The notes: a model not told the origin generated them from the sequence alone. A stretch of 64,000 bases of DNA from Zootoca vivipara (GCF_963506605.1 NC_083277.1:48608001-48672000); one strand, 5' to 3'. Shown: positions 1 to 13,714, counted from the first letter of the stretch. Made by a program: numbers and translations.

Positions 1-560
1 GACAGCAGTCACGAAATTAAAAGACGCCTGCTTCTTGGGAGAAAAGCAATGACAAACCTAGACAGCATCTTAAAAAGCAGAGACATCACCTTGCCGACAA
101 AGGTCCGTATAGTTAAAGCTATGGTTTTCCCAGTAGTGATGTATGGAAGTGAGAGCTGGACCATAAAGAAGGCTGATCGCCGAAAAATTGATGCTTTTGA
201 ATTATGGTGCTGGAGGAGACTCTTGAGAGTCCCATGGACTGCAAGAAGATCAAACCTATCCATTCTTAAGGAAATCAGCCCTGAGTGCTCCCAGGAAGGA
301 CAGATCGTGAAGCTGAGGCTCCAATACTTTGGCCACCTCATGAGAAGAGAAGAATCCTTGGAAAAGACCCTGATGTTGGGAAAGATTGAGGGCACTAGGA
401 GAAGGGGACGACAGAGGACAAGATGGTTGGACAGTGTTCTCGAAGCTACGAACATGAGTTTGACCAAACTACGGGAGGCAGTGCAAGACAGGAGTGCCTG
501 GCGTGCTATGGTCCATGGGGTCACGAAGAGTCGGACACGACTAAACGACTAAACAAAAAC
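1..560 (+). mobile_element. RTE-BovB LINE 3' end
   Basis: ORF 49-552 (DITLPTKVRIVKAMVFPVVMYGSESW...IDAFELWCWRRLLRVPW) is the BovB ORF C-terminus. Ends in a CGACTAAA/CAA-type tail. Confidence 0.93.
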
Positions 561-962
561 ATTCTGCCTAGCTGTTAATACTATTCTAATGTACTGGCTA
601 TCAATTCTTATCTAGTTCATTAAAGATAGGCATTCATCATTCCAATACCAGCTGAAACTGCATCATATCCTATTTATAACTAAAACAGATCTTTGTGCAA
701 TTTGTTGCCATGTATATGGCATTATCAGTCATTTCCCCATGGCCTCTTGGGTTTGTTCTGTGCAATTCAAGTAGAAGCTCAGCTCCTACTGATTATCCAA
801 ATATGTTCAGAATTACATATCTGTTTATTGATGTCTTCAGGATAGGTGTTGGGCCACATTTTGAATGAAATGCATTATGTTAGTTTATTGTCTCAAGTCA
901 CATCTTTTCCATTTGACTGAGATTTATCAAGGCACTTCTCCATGTGCCCCTGCCATCAGAGG

Positions 963-1330
963 CATAGCTGCCAAGTCTCCCGTATTCCCCAGGAAACCGC
1001 TGTTTTTCCAGCCGTTCCCAGCTGGAAAATTTTTTTCCCCCGGTTTACTTACCGGCCAGGGGAGGCTCCTTCTGCGCATGTCTGGAGTCTCTGGACATGC
1101 ACAGAAGCGATTTCTGGCACGGTGGCCATTTTGGAACTGGGCGGACGATGCTGCTCTGCCCAGTTCCAAAATGACCACAGTGTGACTTCCGGCACGGCGG
1201 CCATTTTGGAATTGGGCAGAGCAGCATCAAAAGTCGCTTCTGAGCATGCTCCGCCCAGTTCCAAAATGGTGGCAGCGCTACTTCCGGTCTGCCGATCCCT
1301 TATTTTTCCGGTAGGAACCTGGCAGGTATG
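963..1330. mobile_element. Non-autonomous hAT-type DNA transposon (MITE)
   Basis: Termini CATAGCTGCCA...TGGCAGGTATG; 8-bp TSD ATCAGAGG/ATCAGAAG; internal repeated CCATTTTGGAACTGG units in both orientations. Confidence 0.8.
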
Positions 1331-1762
1331 ATCAGAAGTGACATGGGTGGTGACAAGAGAGACATTGGGTGTGGTGTCCCATCTCTGGTACACCTTCTCC
1401 AAAGAAACTTATCTGATGTAATGCTTTAGAAACCAGGCAAACTTTTTTTTTAAAAAAAAATTCTAGGTATATTATTTAACAGTTTGCTTATTTAAATACT
1501 TGTTAAAGTTCTGCAATCTGCTGTTTTATTAGTTGGGTTCTTTTGTATTGTTTTATTGTCTATAAACTACCCTGGAATCACTGGACAAAAGGTGGCATAC
1601 AAATTTAAATAGTCACCCATTATAGAAACTGTTCACTAGTGTAATGGCCCAGTTCAGCCATAGGCCTCATTCTGAAATAATGAGCCTTCGACCTGTGTGC
1701 TCTCCTCCCTTTTCTCCTCCGCATCTACTACCAAGATATCAGAAGTCTTTACTTCCTTTTTA

Positions 1763-2140
<378 letters not shown>

Positions 2141-2759
2141 TTACCATTAATGCAATATCTAGCAGCTCAATTTATTAATTATAAACTAATTTAGTCATTT
2201 TACTATTAATATCTCATTTCATATTACTGTATAATAACAAAGCTGAAAAAGTGAGACAGATACAAAATGGAGCTTAGAAGGTGTAGGTTTAAATATGCAC
2301 ATGAATATATTTCTCTCTATATATACAGATATAGAAACAATTATATTTTTGTGGAAAACAATTACGATATATTTTTCTTTATACACAATAGCTTTTGCAC
2401 TCTTAAAGCATTATGAAGTTATCTTGTATAAACATATGAAGCTGCTATGTTGTATTTCCGACAAGTAGCTTTGGTGGCAGTTACTTGTTTTTGGATGTCA
2501 ACATTGATTCTTGAACCCTTGGTGTGAAGTGTGTTGGTCACTAGGCTTGCAGACAGTTCTCAGATTACTTTGGGGGTAATGGCTACCAGTGCCTCGTTTA
2601 TGCAAGTGAATGCCGCTCTATTTTCCTAGACAACCATTAGGACTAATCAACTTTTGGGGGTGTTCTCTCAAGTGCAGATTCCCCAATTATAGTGTAACTT
2701 GTCTTCCCTGCCATCTTCTGAAACAATAAGACACTGCAAACTGTTCAAATGTTGCACAC

Positions 2760-2884
2760 CTGATTTTGCAACTTCTTCAATAGGACGTTTGGTGACATGA
2801 GCCATGAATCCAACAATGGAGAAGATAACAAAACCAGCAAACATGCTTGTGCAAGAATTTATGCAGCACACTATGATGGAATCC
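2760..2884 (-). CDS. SLC6A1: SLC6A1 coding exon 8 ([41 protein letters not shown])
   Basis: Acceptor tttcag|G, donor G|GTGTGC, 125 nt. Confidence 0.98.
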
Positions 2885-3272
2885 CTGAAAAAGAGAGACA
2901 GAGAGAGAAGAGGGTAGTAATACTGTCCAAAGTCAGGATTTCAAGCAACATTCCTGTTGACAGGGCAAATTTAAGATTTATGATTCTGGATTATAACTCT
3001 GTATGTGTAGGATTAACTTTTTAAATACAAAAATTATCAGTGTACTCTAGCTAATTTTCTTCATTTGACAGAGAAGCCTTTCGTTGGGTCTGTCTCTTAT
3101 TAAGGACTGTGTCTGTTTTGCAGGGGAAAGTACTAATTCACATTACACTGATTGATATGGGGTGGCTGAATGAATTTTGCTCAGGAATATTGGGACATGT
3201 AAAGGTAGCCTTACTGCCCTAGACATCCCAGTTCCCAAGAGCCTGCAAAGAGGGGAAGTTTGATATTCTGAC

Positions 3273-3602
3273 CAGCGCCGTCTTAAGCGCTCCCGGCGCC
3301 ATGGTGTGCCGGATCCTCCGGCGCCCACCGGATCCCTTCAGCGCCCTCCCGCCCCGTTCCGGCGCCCTCCCACCCCGTTTCCCAGCGCGGTGGGCAGGTG
3401 GGCGCCGCGCGCAGCGTGGGTACAACAGGCGCTGCTGCGCGGCAGGTGGGCGGGCAGGCGCAGCTGCGCGGCAGGTGGGCGGGCAGGCGCAGCTGCGTGG
3501 CGGACTGGTCGGCCAGCGGGTGGGCGCAGCTCGCGCCGCCCTCCTGGTGGGCCGGCGCCATGGTGCCCTGCGCCACCCAGCCTGCACATAGGGCCGGGCC
3601 TG
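3273..3602 (+). mobile_element. GC/CpG-rich hAT MITE (CAGGGCCG family)
   Basis: Perfect 8-bp TSD ATTCTGAC; ends CAGCGCCGTCTTAAG...GGGCCGGGCCTG; internal ~29-bp tandem units. Confidence 0.88.
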
Positions 3603-4297
3603 ATTCTGACATTAACGTAGGGCTACCTAACAAAAGTGCTCCTGTTCAGAGTTTGAGCAATTCTTTTAGGGCAGTTCAGGACTCACAGAAAGAAGGGAAG
3701 ATGTCAGGGGGGGGGGAGGAAAAGAGATACTTTAATTCTATCTTATTCACCTGAAATCTCTCCCTGCTATGCTATATAATGCTAAACGTTGCCAGATCCA
3801 TCTGAATTGCTTTATTGCTACATAGTTTAGTCATCCTCTCATATAAATGCTGAGAGTTGGAAGCAGATCAATTTAGGGTCTCAATAAGATATTTCTTCAT
3901 ATTCCTCCCTAACCCCAAATGAAGCATAGGCCTTGGTGGAAGCCATTGAATGTAGGTCCTTGCTGAAAACCTTTTCTTTTAATGTAGAAACCACGACTAA
4001 TACTTTTGAGTGGCTCCATTTTGCTGCCAAAACAGATAGGGACCAAAACATCCAAATGAAGTATAAGAAGGAATGCTGTTGCCCACTTTGCATCTCATGA
4101 GGCTCTCTCATTGAACAAAACAGCTGCTCCTCCAGTATGGGAGGAATCTAGAAACACCATGTGCTCTGTGTGCAGTAGGAGAGAGTCATTCCCTTATAGC
4201 TTCTGGGGAATTATGTTTGTGCCCTGTGAATTGTATCAAATACTCCCTATTTGCAGTATCTTGGAATCTAGGCTACTAAAGAATGGTAACTGCTTTA

Positions 4298-4402
<105 letters not shown>

Positions 4403-4752
4403 CTAGTCATAAAGGACAAAGACAGGTCCACATGGCTATGACTGGTAGTTTATATATAGTTACAAGCAGGTGATAATAAACAATGAATGTGTAATGACAC
4501 TATGAGCAATACTACTACAAATGGCCCAGAAATCAGTACAATCAGTGCTAGTGCAACAGGACTTCTTCCATGCCTCTCCCAGATCTGCTCTGGTGGGACA
4601 GGAGAAACCTCAGAGCACCACACGAGGGGGAGCAGAGGGGGTTTCATTTCATCTGGCACACAGAAACACTTGCTTCAACAGAATGATCAGAAGAGTGCAA
4701 CACTTGAACTCCTCCCCATAGGATTATTAGGTTACCAGGCCTGAAGGTTTAC

Positions 4753-4887
4753 CTCAGAGTCGGAGAGCTTCTCAAACTTAGGAGTTACATAGAATAAAAT
4801 GCCTTCTCTTGCTCCAGGTAATGTTACTCCACGGAAGAACAAGATAATCAACATGACGTATGGATACGTGGCAGAGAAGTACACTAC
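4753..4887 (-). CDS. SLC6A1: SLC6A1 coding exon 6 ([29 protein letters not shown]...LSDSE)
   Basis: Read manually. Acceptor tttcag|GTA, donor GAG|GTAAAC, 135 nt. Confidence 0.97.
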
Positions 4888-5311
4888 CTGAAACAAAGAA
4901 TGGGGTGCATACCGTTAGGAGCAATGAGTTTAACACTGAGGTTTAAGAAATACAGGGGAAATAAATGTGGCGATGCTGTACACATCTGAATCTAAGACTA
5001 GGGGTGGGAGGTTCAGGCCTAGGGACCAAGTGCTGTCCTCCAGACTTTCAAACTGGGCCCTCATAACTCTTCCTAGGCCACACACCCATCCCAGACACTT
5101 GTCTTGTAAGCCCCGCTTTGCACCCTCCTTGAGTGTTTTGCCTGGCTGCAGTATGTACTGCTTGCCTGGATGGAGGACAGAGGAGGTGCCTTTGACTGGA
5201 CTTTACTTTTGCGTATTAGGGCTACAGAATCCCCTCCTTGCTAGACATGCCCATGCTTGGTTCTCTTGTATGGCTTGCTGCCCTCCACCTTTTATAGTTA
5301 AGTCTGCTCTT

Positions 5312-5580
5312 ACTCACTTTTCCCACCACAGCAGTACCTATTTATCTACTTGCACTGGTGTGCTTTCAAACTGCTAGGTTGGAGGGAAGGTAAACAGTGT
5401 TTCCATGTGCTCTGGCTTATGTCACGGTGTTCCATTGCGCCAGAAGCGGTTTAGTCATGCTGGCCACATGACCCGGAAAGCTGTCTGTGGACAAACGCCT
5501 GCTCCCTCGGCCTAAAGTGAGATGAGCGCCGCAACCCCATAGTCACCTTTGACAGGACTTAACTGTCCAGGGCTCCTTTA
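5312..5580. mobile_element. Sauria SINE, 5'-truncated with inverted segment
   Basis: 5312-5381 is the reverse complement of the SINE middle; 5382-5580 is the sense 3' half ending CCTTTACTTTT. Confidence 0.75.
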
Positions 5581-6013
5581 CTTTTGCGTATTACTTTAAA
5601 AAACTTAAAAGTTCAATTTGCACAGTAATTAAATATATATATATATACTTGAAATATAATTCACAGCAGAAAACAAATAATCTTTTCTTTTTAAAAAAAA
5701 TAATTTTTACTAATTTTTCCAAATCTTATGGCACCTTAAAAGCGTGCATATTTTATCCAAGTTTATGAAAGTTTGTGCCATAATAAAATTTGTTAATATT
5801 TATGGTGTTGGAAGAGTCTTTATGTTTTTTGCTGCAACAGACTAGCACCACTATCCCTCTAGTAATTTACAGGGGTATCCAAAGAGTTTAAAAAAGGGCA
5901 TTAATATTTATATCTCATGGAAGGATATATCAGCAAGACTAGTCTATTTCAAAGCTTTAGAATTCTATGCTGACTCTGATTACAATGCACAGGCTTTTAG
6001 AACATATTCTTAC

Positions 6014-6146
6014 CTTTCCTGTCCAGCCTACCCCCTTCCAGATGCAGAAATACACTAAAACCCAGGCAATTGCTAGAGTAATTGCTAATGGCCAACGGAT
6101 CTGGCCTGGTTTTTCCAATCCATCTGTCATTTGGTGCATGTTACGT
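6014..6146 (-). CDS. SLC6A1: SLC6A1 coding exon 5 ([18 protein letters not shown]...GWTGK)
   Basis: Acceptor ttttag|A, donor AAG|GTAAGA, 133 nt. Confidence 0.98.
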
Positions 6147-6260
6147 CTAAAATCAAAGAGGAAATGTATAAATTTCTTGAACTTAGCTGACCTTATACAT
6201 CTAGTAAGAAATTAACTGAACATATTCATTGGGATGAGGAAAAGATTTTTCTCAACTTAC

Positions 6261-6370
6261 TCCCAGAATTCCAAAACAGCACTTGTCATGTTGGTGGTAT
6301 TTGCTATACTATAATTTGAGAAACAGTGGTCTGTGTTCCAAGGGTTGTTACAGTGTCTCCATGGAAGATT
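6261..6370 (-). CDS. SLC6A1: SLC6A1 coding exon 4 ([37 protein letters not shown])
   Basis: Extracellular loop 2 with two Cys and three N-glycosylation sequons (NYS, NTT, NMT). Acceptor aattag|AAT, donor GA|GTAAGT, 110 nt. Confidence 0.97.
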
Positions 6371-7439
6371 CTAATTAAAAAGAATGGGGAGAGAAGAATA
6401 AAAACATCAATGTTTTTAAAGTTATCTTAAGAGCTAGCAGCTAGTATATCGTGCTTGCTTAGAAATGAAAGCCAATGTTAAAACTAAGCTGTTTTCAATT
6501 TTTGAGGACATTAAGCTTCCGCAGGATTCATGCCTGTCAAGAATTATATTCTGTTTTAACTTTTGTCTCTTAAATGTTCTTGACTTTCATTATTATATAT
6601 GCATGCTTCTGAAGACACACAGTACATTATTGGACATGAAGAGTGGCACGGATCTAATCTTTTCCCAGAATTTCTGATTTACTCTTCACAATTAGGGTGA
6701 ACTAAACATGCTTTCTTTTTCTTTTAAAAAACTGAAACAAAAAATTAACTTGAGTTGAGTGTTTCTTTTCCTACTAGCATTTTCTCTCAGACCCATTTCA
6801 TATGTTACTCTGGTGAAGGCTGCCGAAAAGACTTTGGGCCTTGCTCTACCACTTTATGTGTCCATTAGGAATGTGTTGGTTGTGAATTCCTAGGCAAGCA
6901 CATCCTGAAACAACTAGATTGCAGGTCTCTGTAGGAATTCTGCATCACAACAAATTTGTGTGATGTGGCCCGAGTCCTGACTTTAACACACTTTATAATA
7001 GCAGGTGCTAGCCTGCTAGCCACCTGGAACCACTAGAAAGCACAACTCACACCTCTTGCATTGAAGATGGGGGTCAGAAAAGCCCCTAGGGCTGACAGGA
7101 TGTGATTATGTGTCATCCATTTCAGGGACTTCATATATAAAAAAATGTATGGCTGCCCCTATGAACCCATGGAGGAAGCCATCAATCATGTGCTGTCAAT
7201 CCCAGGGACAATTCTGGCCAAATTTTCAATGGGTATGGCAGCAGCTGTGCTTTCTAGCTGCTGCAGACAGCTAGTATCTGTTTAAAAAAGAAAGAGGGAG
7301 AAAATGTTTAAAAACCAGCACTTGAGGCACTTTTTATTGTAAAAAATATTAAATCTGTGCAGGGGGAAATGCACACAGATACTGGATAGAATACATGTAT
7401 TGGTGAACGCATGCAAAAGACAAATTAACCAGAACAAGA

Positions 7440-8460
7440 CCGACACATCCATTCCTGCTGCCCATGCAGCTGGGGTATGGCTGTACTGGACCCATGCAGC
7501 TGTTTTAAAACAGGGGTTGTGTGAAATATAAATGGAACCCCAGCCAGCCATCTGGTTGCTGCATTTTTGGACCAATTGAAGTTTCCAAGTCGCATATAGA
7601 GTTCCTTGTAATAATCCAGTTTGAAAATTACCAGAACCTGGAATACCATAGCCAAATCATCTCTGTCCAGCCAGAGCTGGAAAAAGGCACTCCTAGTCGC
7701 GTAGGCCAGTTGAGCCTCCATTGACGAGCAGAATCCAGAAGCCTTAAACTGTGGACCTGCTCCTTCCATGGAAGTGCAACCCATCTAGCTCCTGGATGTG
7801 AGAACTCAGGATGCATAACAGCTCTGTATTTTCTGAATTCAGCTTCAATTTATTGGCTCACATCTAGCCCATCACTATCTCCAAGCACAGGTTTAACATA
7901 TCAACTGTCTCCCCTGTTTCAGTTGGAACAGAGAGATGCTGGGTGCTGGGTGTCATCTACACATTAAGGACACTTCACTCCAAATCTCCTCATGACAACT
8001 CCCAGAGACTTCATGTAGACATTAAATAACATGGAAGACAAGGTGGGACCCTGTGGGAAACCACAGAAAACTTCCATGACACCAAATTGCAGCCTCTCAT
8101 AATGACTTTCTGGAAATGGCCCTGGAGTTAGGAGTGGAACCACTGAAGTACAGTGCCCCCAACCTCCCTGAGAGGCTCCAGAGTGATACTGTGGCCAACA
8201 GTATCAAAAGCTGCTAAAAGATTGAGAATTAGCAGGGTCACACACCCTCTATCTTTCTCTCCAAAAATGTAATCAACTAGGGCAACCGAGGCAGTTATAG
8301 TGCCATGGTCAGGCCCGAGGCCAGATTGGAATGGATCCAAGGAATCGGTTTCCTCCTAGCATGCCTGAAGTTAGACCACCACTACCTTCTCAAGCATATC
8401 AAGGGTATGGTCCCTGGGTGCAGGGAGGTCTTTTTAAGGAGGGAAACCTCAAATACCTCC
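7440..8460 (-). mobile_element. Degraded L2-clade LINE reverse transcriptase fragment (boundaries approximate)
   Basis: DPFQSGLGPDHGT...LLILNLLAAFDTVGH and LVIFKLDYY motif remnants. Confidence 0.75.
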
Positions 8461-9120
8461 TTTCAGTGAAGTATTAATCTCTCCCTAAGCCCACCTAATT
8501 AACCTTCTATGGCTCGCTCTAAGAAGATAAGATGTGCAAGAGTCAAGGGGGCAGGTGGTCGGCTGCACTTCTTCAAGAAGTTTGTCCAGATTAAGAAAAA
8601 ACAAAACAAAACAAAAACAAAAAAACGCAAACACCATTCACCACTTGAAAAAACTCTGCTGGGTGGCTACTTGCAGATGTGATGGTAGTGGAGAAGTAAG
8701 CTTTCTTTGCCACCATCATTCAGTAGGCAGGGTGGTGTGGTTGGTTACAGGAGAACATGCCCTAGAGTTTTAAAATAGTTGTATTCCACCTCAAGGTTGG
8801 AGACAGTAAAGAAATAGTTAAAAATAAATATATGGACCTGTGGAATAGAGGAAGGCCATTGGTATATGAACTTCTGGCTGCCTCTGAAAATTAAAGTTAT
8901 ATATTATGACAGTATGTTGCCAATATGTGTTTTATGGACCAAAACATTATAATACCTGTTGGAATAATAGAATCTCAAAATGCTATGGGTGGAACTTTCA
9001 GTGGTCAAGGAACCAGTATGACTTCTTAGTAACGCTATTAGGTCCTAATCTATGTCCATACACAACTGTTGTTCTCCAGTTTCAAGTTCATCCAATTTAA
9101 ATCATTTCCCCCCTTATCAC

Positions 9121-9253
9121 CAGGGCTTAATTGTAGCTGGAACTTGCCGGAACTCAGTTCCGCCACCTCTCAGGTTGGTGCCATTGCTATTCTAAACGAG
9201 GGAGGTGTTCATGGTGAGTCCTGGCACCTCTTTTTCTAGAAAAAACAGAACTG
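9121..9253. mobile_element. hAT MITE
   Basis: CAG...CTG ends; TSD CTTATCAC/CCTATCAC; related reverse partial copy near 45165-45262. Confidence 0.65.
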
Positions 9254-10816
9254 CCTATCACCCTATTTCTTTCTGAAAATATACATATTTTTAAGAAGCT
9301 GTCATTTAGCCAGAATTATACAAAGTATATTTTAATAACTACTTAGACTACAATCAGAAACAAATATATTAAACAGCTTAAGCTGGTTCCAGTCATTGCA
9401 GCATGATTCATAGAAAGAAGTGGATGTGGCAATAATGGTAAGAAATAAATCCTTTTAAAGGTGAGTTTCTGAAGTAACTTAGGAGCTATCAATCATTCAA
9501 TTTATTGTATATAACCAAAGGCCTTCACAATGAACAACAGATGGCAAAAGTGAAGCATACTGTACTTCTAAAATCACACAACATAACCTATAAAAGTCTA
9601 CAGTGTGAAAGTCTACACCATAAAAATTTACAGCATTACAATGCATTAACATAACTGGAGTGAAACGTCTTAGCTGCCAGAGCAAATTTGGCTAGAATGG
9701 TTAAAGGAATGTTGTCTGAAAGACAACTCACATTGGCTTGTATTCATGGACCATATAATTCTCAGGGAAGGTTTTCTTTTTATGTTGTATCTGTACTTGT
9801 TTCTTGTCATGCTGACAAATTAGTGTGTATACATGCCTTTCCATTCTCTCCCTGTTGCTGCTGTAAGACTGGGATGGGGGAAGAAGGCAAGCTGGTTACC
9901 CTTGCAGGTGACAAGGGACCAATGATGTAGGCAGGTGAGTTACCAAGGCACAACACAGAAGCCAGCAGAACAAACCCTTTCTCAGCTCTCTTCTTGCTGT
10001 ACACAAAACTTGTCATCCCCCCCATCTTCCTCCACTAGCTCTACTCAAACTTTTGTCAATACCATCATTTGCCCTCTCAATATTTTATTTCTCCATCCCT
10101 GCTTTACTCTCCCTCTTCCATTTCTCAAAGGAGTCCTCAAATATTGTGTTACTCCTGGTACCATGTGCTGTCTTCTACATGAAATTCCAGATTCAATGTA
10201 GTAACTGTAATTTAGAAGAGATATTTAATAGCAAGCTAACACCTATATTTGTATAACATTCTTCAGTGGACCTTCTATAATGGAACAAGCTGACAGGCTT
10301 GCTGTTAAGAGTCTATTCATCTTAAATATACATATAACTGCAAATGTAGGAGGGCTGCAGAATAGAAGAGAAGAAGAGGCATGGAAATGCAGTGCAAGGG
10401 GAGTTGAAGAAAGGAGGGAGGAGGGAAAAAATTGAAGATGAAAATGGGGGAGTGCAAAAGCGGCTTAAAAAAGAGTGTAGGAGGCATGGGAATGGGGGTT
10501 AAAGGGGCTTCAGAATGGGAGGGATGGTGGCTTCATAACTGGTCTGAAAGCGAAAAGGATTGTTAGTAGCAACAATGTGTTAGAGGATGATGATGTGGGA
10601 GGTTTACCTGTGTGCAACCGAAAGGAGAAGCTGAAATGATTTGTTCATTAGGTAGATAATTCAGCAAGTAAAGTAATTTGTGAAGTAGTTCGTGGGGGAT
10701 TGATGAGAGGAGTGAGCAGGGGGGCAAAACTCCCCTATGTAAATAAATAAAATGATATATTATTATTAATATTATTATATCAGCTAATCAAGCTAGGCTG
10801 TAATGAGGGTTTTTTA

Positions 10817-10960
<144 letters not shown>

Positions 10961-11542
10961 TCAGAGCATATCAGGACTCATATTCTTAGCAGGTGAGTTT
11001 CAGAATATAACAATAATAAGTACATTTGGACTCATTTTGGAGGGATTTAAACCTAAATAAGACAAAATTGCTATGTGTTTTTGCGCACTTATACTAAGAT
11101 GAAAACAGTTCTGAGAAAGTAGTGGTCACGTGAACTGCAGTTTGAGGTACCAGTCTTCTTAATGAGGGTTGAAGAGCAGCACATAAAACTACACTTTCAG
11201 TTTATGCTTCTACAAAGTCTGATAACATTTTGCTATGGGCAGGGAGCAACCATGGGAAGGAGGAAGACATATCACAAGAAGTGTGGCTATGTGCACTACA
11301 AGTAAGCAAATTAGGGTTGTTGGGCAAAGGAGAGAGAGTTCATCTTTAGAAAGCAGTGTTCTGTTGCCAAATGAAATAAGGGTTCTGAATGTTTAGCCAG
11401 CCTACAGCTGGAAAACAATATACTGAGAAATCGAGACTGAGGATAATACATTGTAACACTGGCCATAGTCAAGAGATGCGTATGGAAAGAAAAATAGGAT
11501 AAAGGGTGGAGATGCTTGGGATTAAATTCCAGGACTACCTGG

Positions 11543-11979
11543 TGTGGCATTTGCCCATTCCTGAGGAAATAAGACTGTGCAGGAGGGGGGAAAGGGTTAA
11601 CAAGCTGACCAATAGGAAGCCGGAGCGGAGCTTATGGGCTTTAAGACACAGCCCAAGGAAACAGTTTGGCAGTTTAGAGTTGGCAGTTGGGAGTGGGAGT
11701 TGGTGGTTGTGAGGGTTGGTGTGTGGAAGTTGGTGAGGGTGAGGTAGAGGAGTTAGAGTGAGATAAAGACAGGGTTGAGATTGAGAGGATAACGTGTAAC
11801 AGTATATCTAATATCAAAAGCTTGTTGCTATTTGAAATAAACTCTTGATTATTTGTTTAACTTAAAACCTGACTGAGACTCAGTGATTTACCAGGGGATC
11901 CTGGTTGGTGGCAGCGGAGCAGTGGTGGCACAGGGCCAATAGTCTGTGAAACGACCGGGGGTGCTGTGTGAACACCACA
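11543..11979 (+). mobile_element. Solo LTR (Gypsy/ERV-type), 437 bp, antisense to SLC6A1
   Basis: TGTGG...CCACA inverted termini; perfect 5-bp TSD CCTGG; CCAAT near 11609 and AATAAA near 11836 on the + strand. Confidence 0.8.
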
Positions 11980-12215
11980 CCTGGTTATTCTGTCTATCTT
12001 TCTCATATAGACAAAGTTTACACTGACTTGTTGTAAAAGTGCAATTTCAGAGTTATGTAAACATCATTTTATTATTTCTTTTGCAATAAATATTCATTGG
12101 TTTGGAGCATCATTTAATATACTTAAATAACTTTGAATTCTTAGTCTAGAAAAAGTGGGTGAGTATTAAATTGATCAAAGAATGACCTGAATGTTAACAC
12201 CTACTATGGTATTTA

Positions 12216-12398
<183 letters not shown>

Positions 12399-13431
12399 TT
12401 ATACTGAAAACCAACAAATGTATCATTAAGCAAGAATTCAACATTCATTTTTCCTTTAAATGCAGCAGAAGGCAAATGTACACTATTTGCCTCCTTCTAC
12501 CCAGTTATAGAGAACTGTCTCCAAGGAGAATTGCTAGAGCCTAAGCTTCTTTACATCTATAAGACAGGCTAAAGTTAAGCACTTTTCAATACCACTGATT
12601 TCTAGGTGAGACACTGTTATGATCAGGTCTCTTAGCTCTAACAATTGTGAACTAGTTGCTCTAGGTCTCCTCTGATACTATTGCCCTAATCGTATGCATG
12701 GTTAGGGATGCGCTTTGCTGTTTTGCAGTGTGAGCTTGAGTCACATGTTACAAAGAATGCTTGCACGTGAGTTTCTGCCTCATTGTTTCTGATAGGAGCA
12801 GACAGTCTTTACCAGCAGTTAATACCACCAGGAGGGTCTTGCTTTGTGTCACAGCAAAGAATGAGCTACTCTTGCTACTGAGCACCCTGACCTAACCTTG
12901 ACCTGGCTGCAGAACCTAGCCTTTTGGTGCCATACTTAGTCGGAAGAGATGGCTTTCCTGTTAAAGGCAAAAGCAGGTGTTTTCATAGTAAAGAAGGCAT
13001 ATCCTTTTGCTAAAACCTAGCTGCTGTGGCCGCTGCCAAGTATAACAGTATATCATGGTGACACTCTGAATGGGGCAAGGCAAACGATAAGCAGAGTGGT
13101 CCCAGTCAGCCTCTTTGCTCTCCTCCAAATGGATAATGAGGAAAGTGTTCTTCTGCCTTCCAAAACAACCATATGGGAACTCAAAATACGTATATTTTCA
13201 TCCTTCACTGAAGTGATCTCTGATCGTGGCCAAGGAATGCAGTGTGCAAGTAGTAAAATCTGTTTAGCATGCCCTTCCAAAAAGCATTATCATGCAGTTT
13301 GAAGACCTGTATTAAGAATTTCAGCCTGTTCTCCCTTCTCTTCTCTGCTGCTGGTCTTGTAAGATTAACGGGAAGTAGTGGATTCTGATCAAAAATATTT
13401 AGCACTTAATTACATAAACTGAAATAAGTAC

Positions 13432-13669
13432 CTCCTCCATTTTTCCCACAAAGGTATGGAAACCGCCAAACATTTCCTAAGCCAATCGCATAGCCAACAC
13501 AGGACATAAGAAAGTCAAATCTCCCCTTCCAGGTGTCTCTGTCTGGAAGATCTCCTTTTTTCTTCTGCACCTTGACCACCAGTGTCTTAGGCTTGTCATT
13601 GGTGATTGAGGCATCACTGAGTTCTGTGGAGATTTGTCCATCAGCTACTTTTGTTCCATTTGTTGCCAT
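13432..13669 (-). CDS. SLC6A1: GABA transporter 1, coding exon 1 ([12 protein letters not shown]...GKNGG)
   Basis: Translation matches the GAT-1 N-terminus and TM1 ([24 protein letters not shown]). ATG at 13669, donor G|GTACTT, 238 coding nt. Candidate upstream acceptors give exon starts at 13783 or 13859. Confidence 0.98.
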
Positions 13670-13714
13670 GTCTCTAGGTTTAGATGGAGAGGCTCTCGCA
13701 GCTGGACGAGAAAT

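Noticed and set aside
9-524. 171-aa minus-strand ORF
   Set aside because: Antisense shadow of the BovB coding frame.
3143-3754. Stack of Arg/Ala/Gly-rich ORFs resembling a CpG-island gene
   Set aside because: They overlap a GC-rich MITE with a TSD; stop-poor composition explains them. The same applies at 34803-35310, 47516-47791 and 54644-55109.
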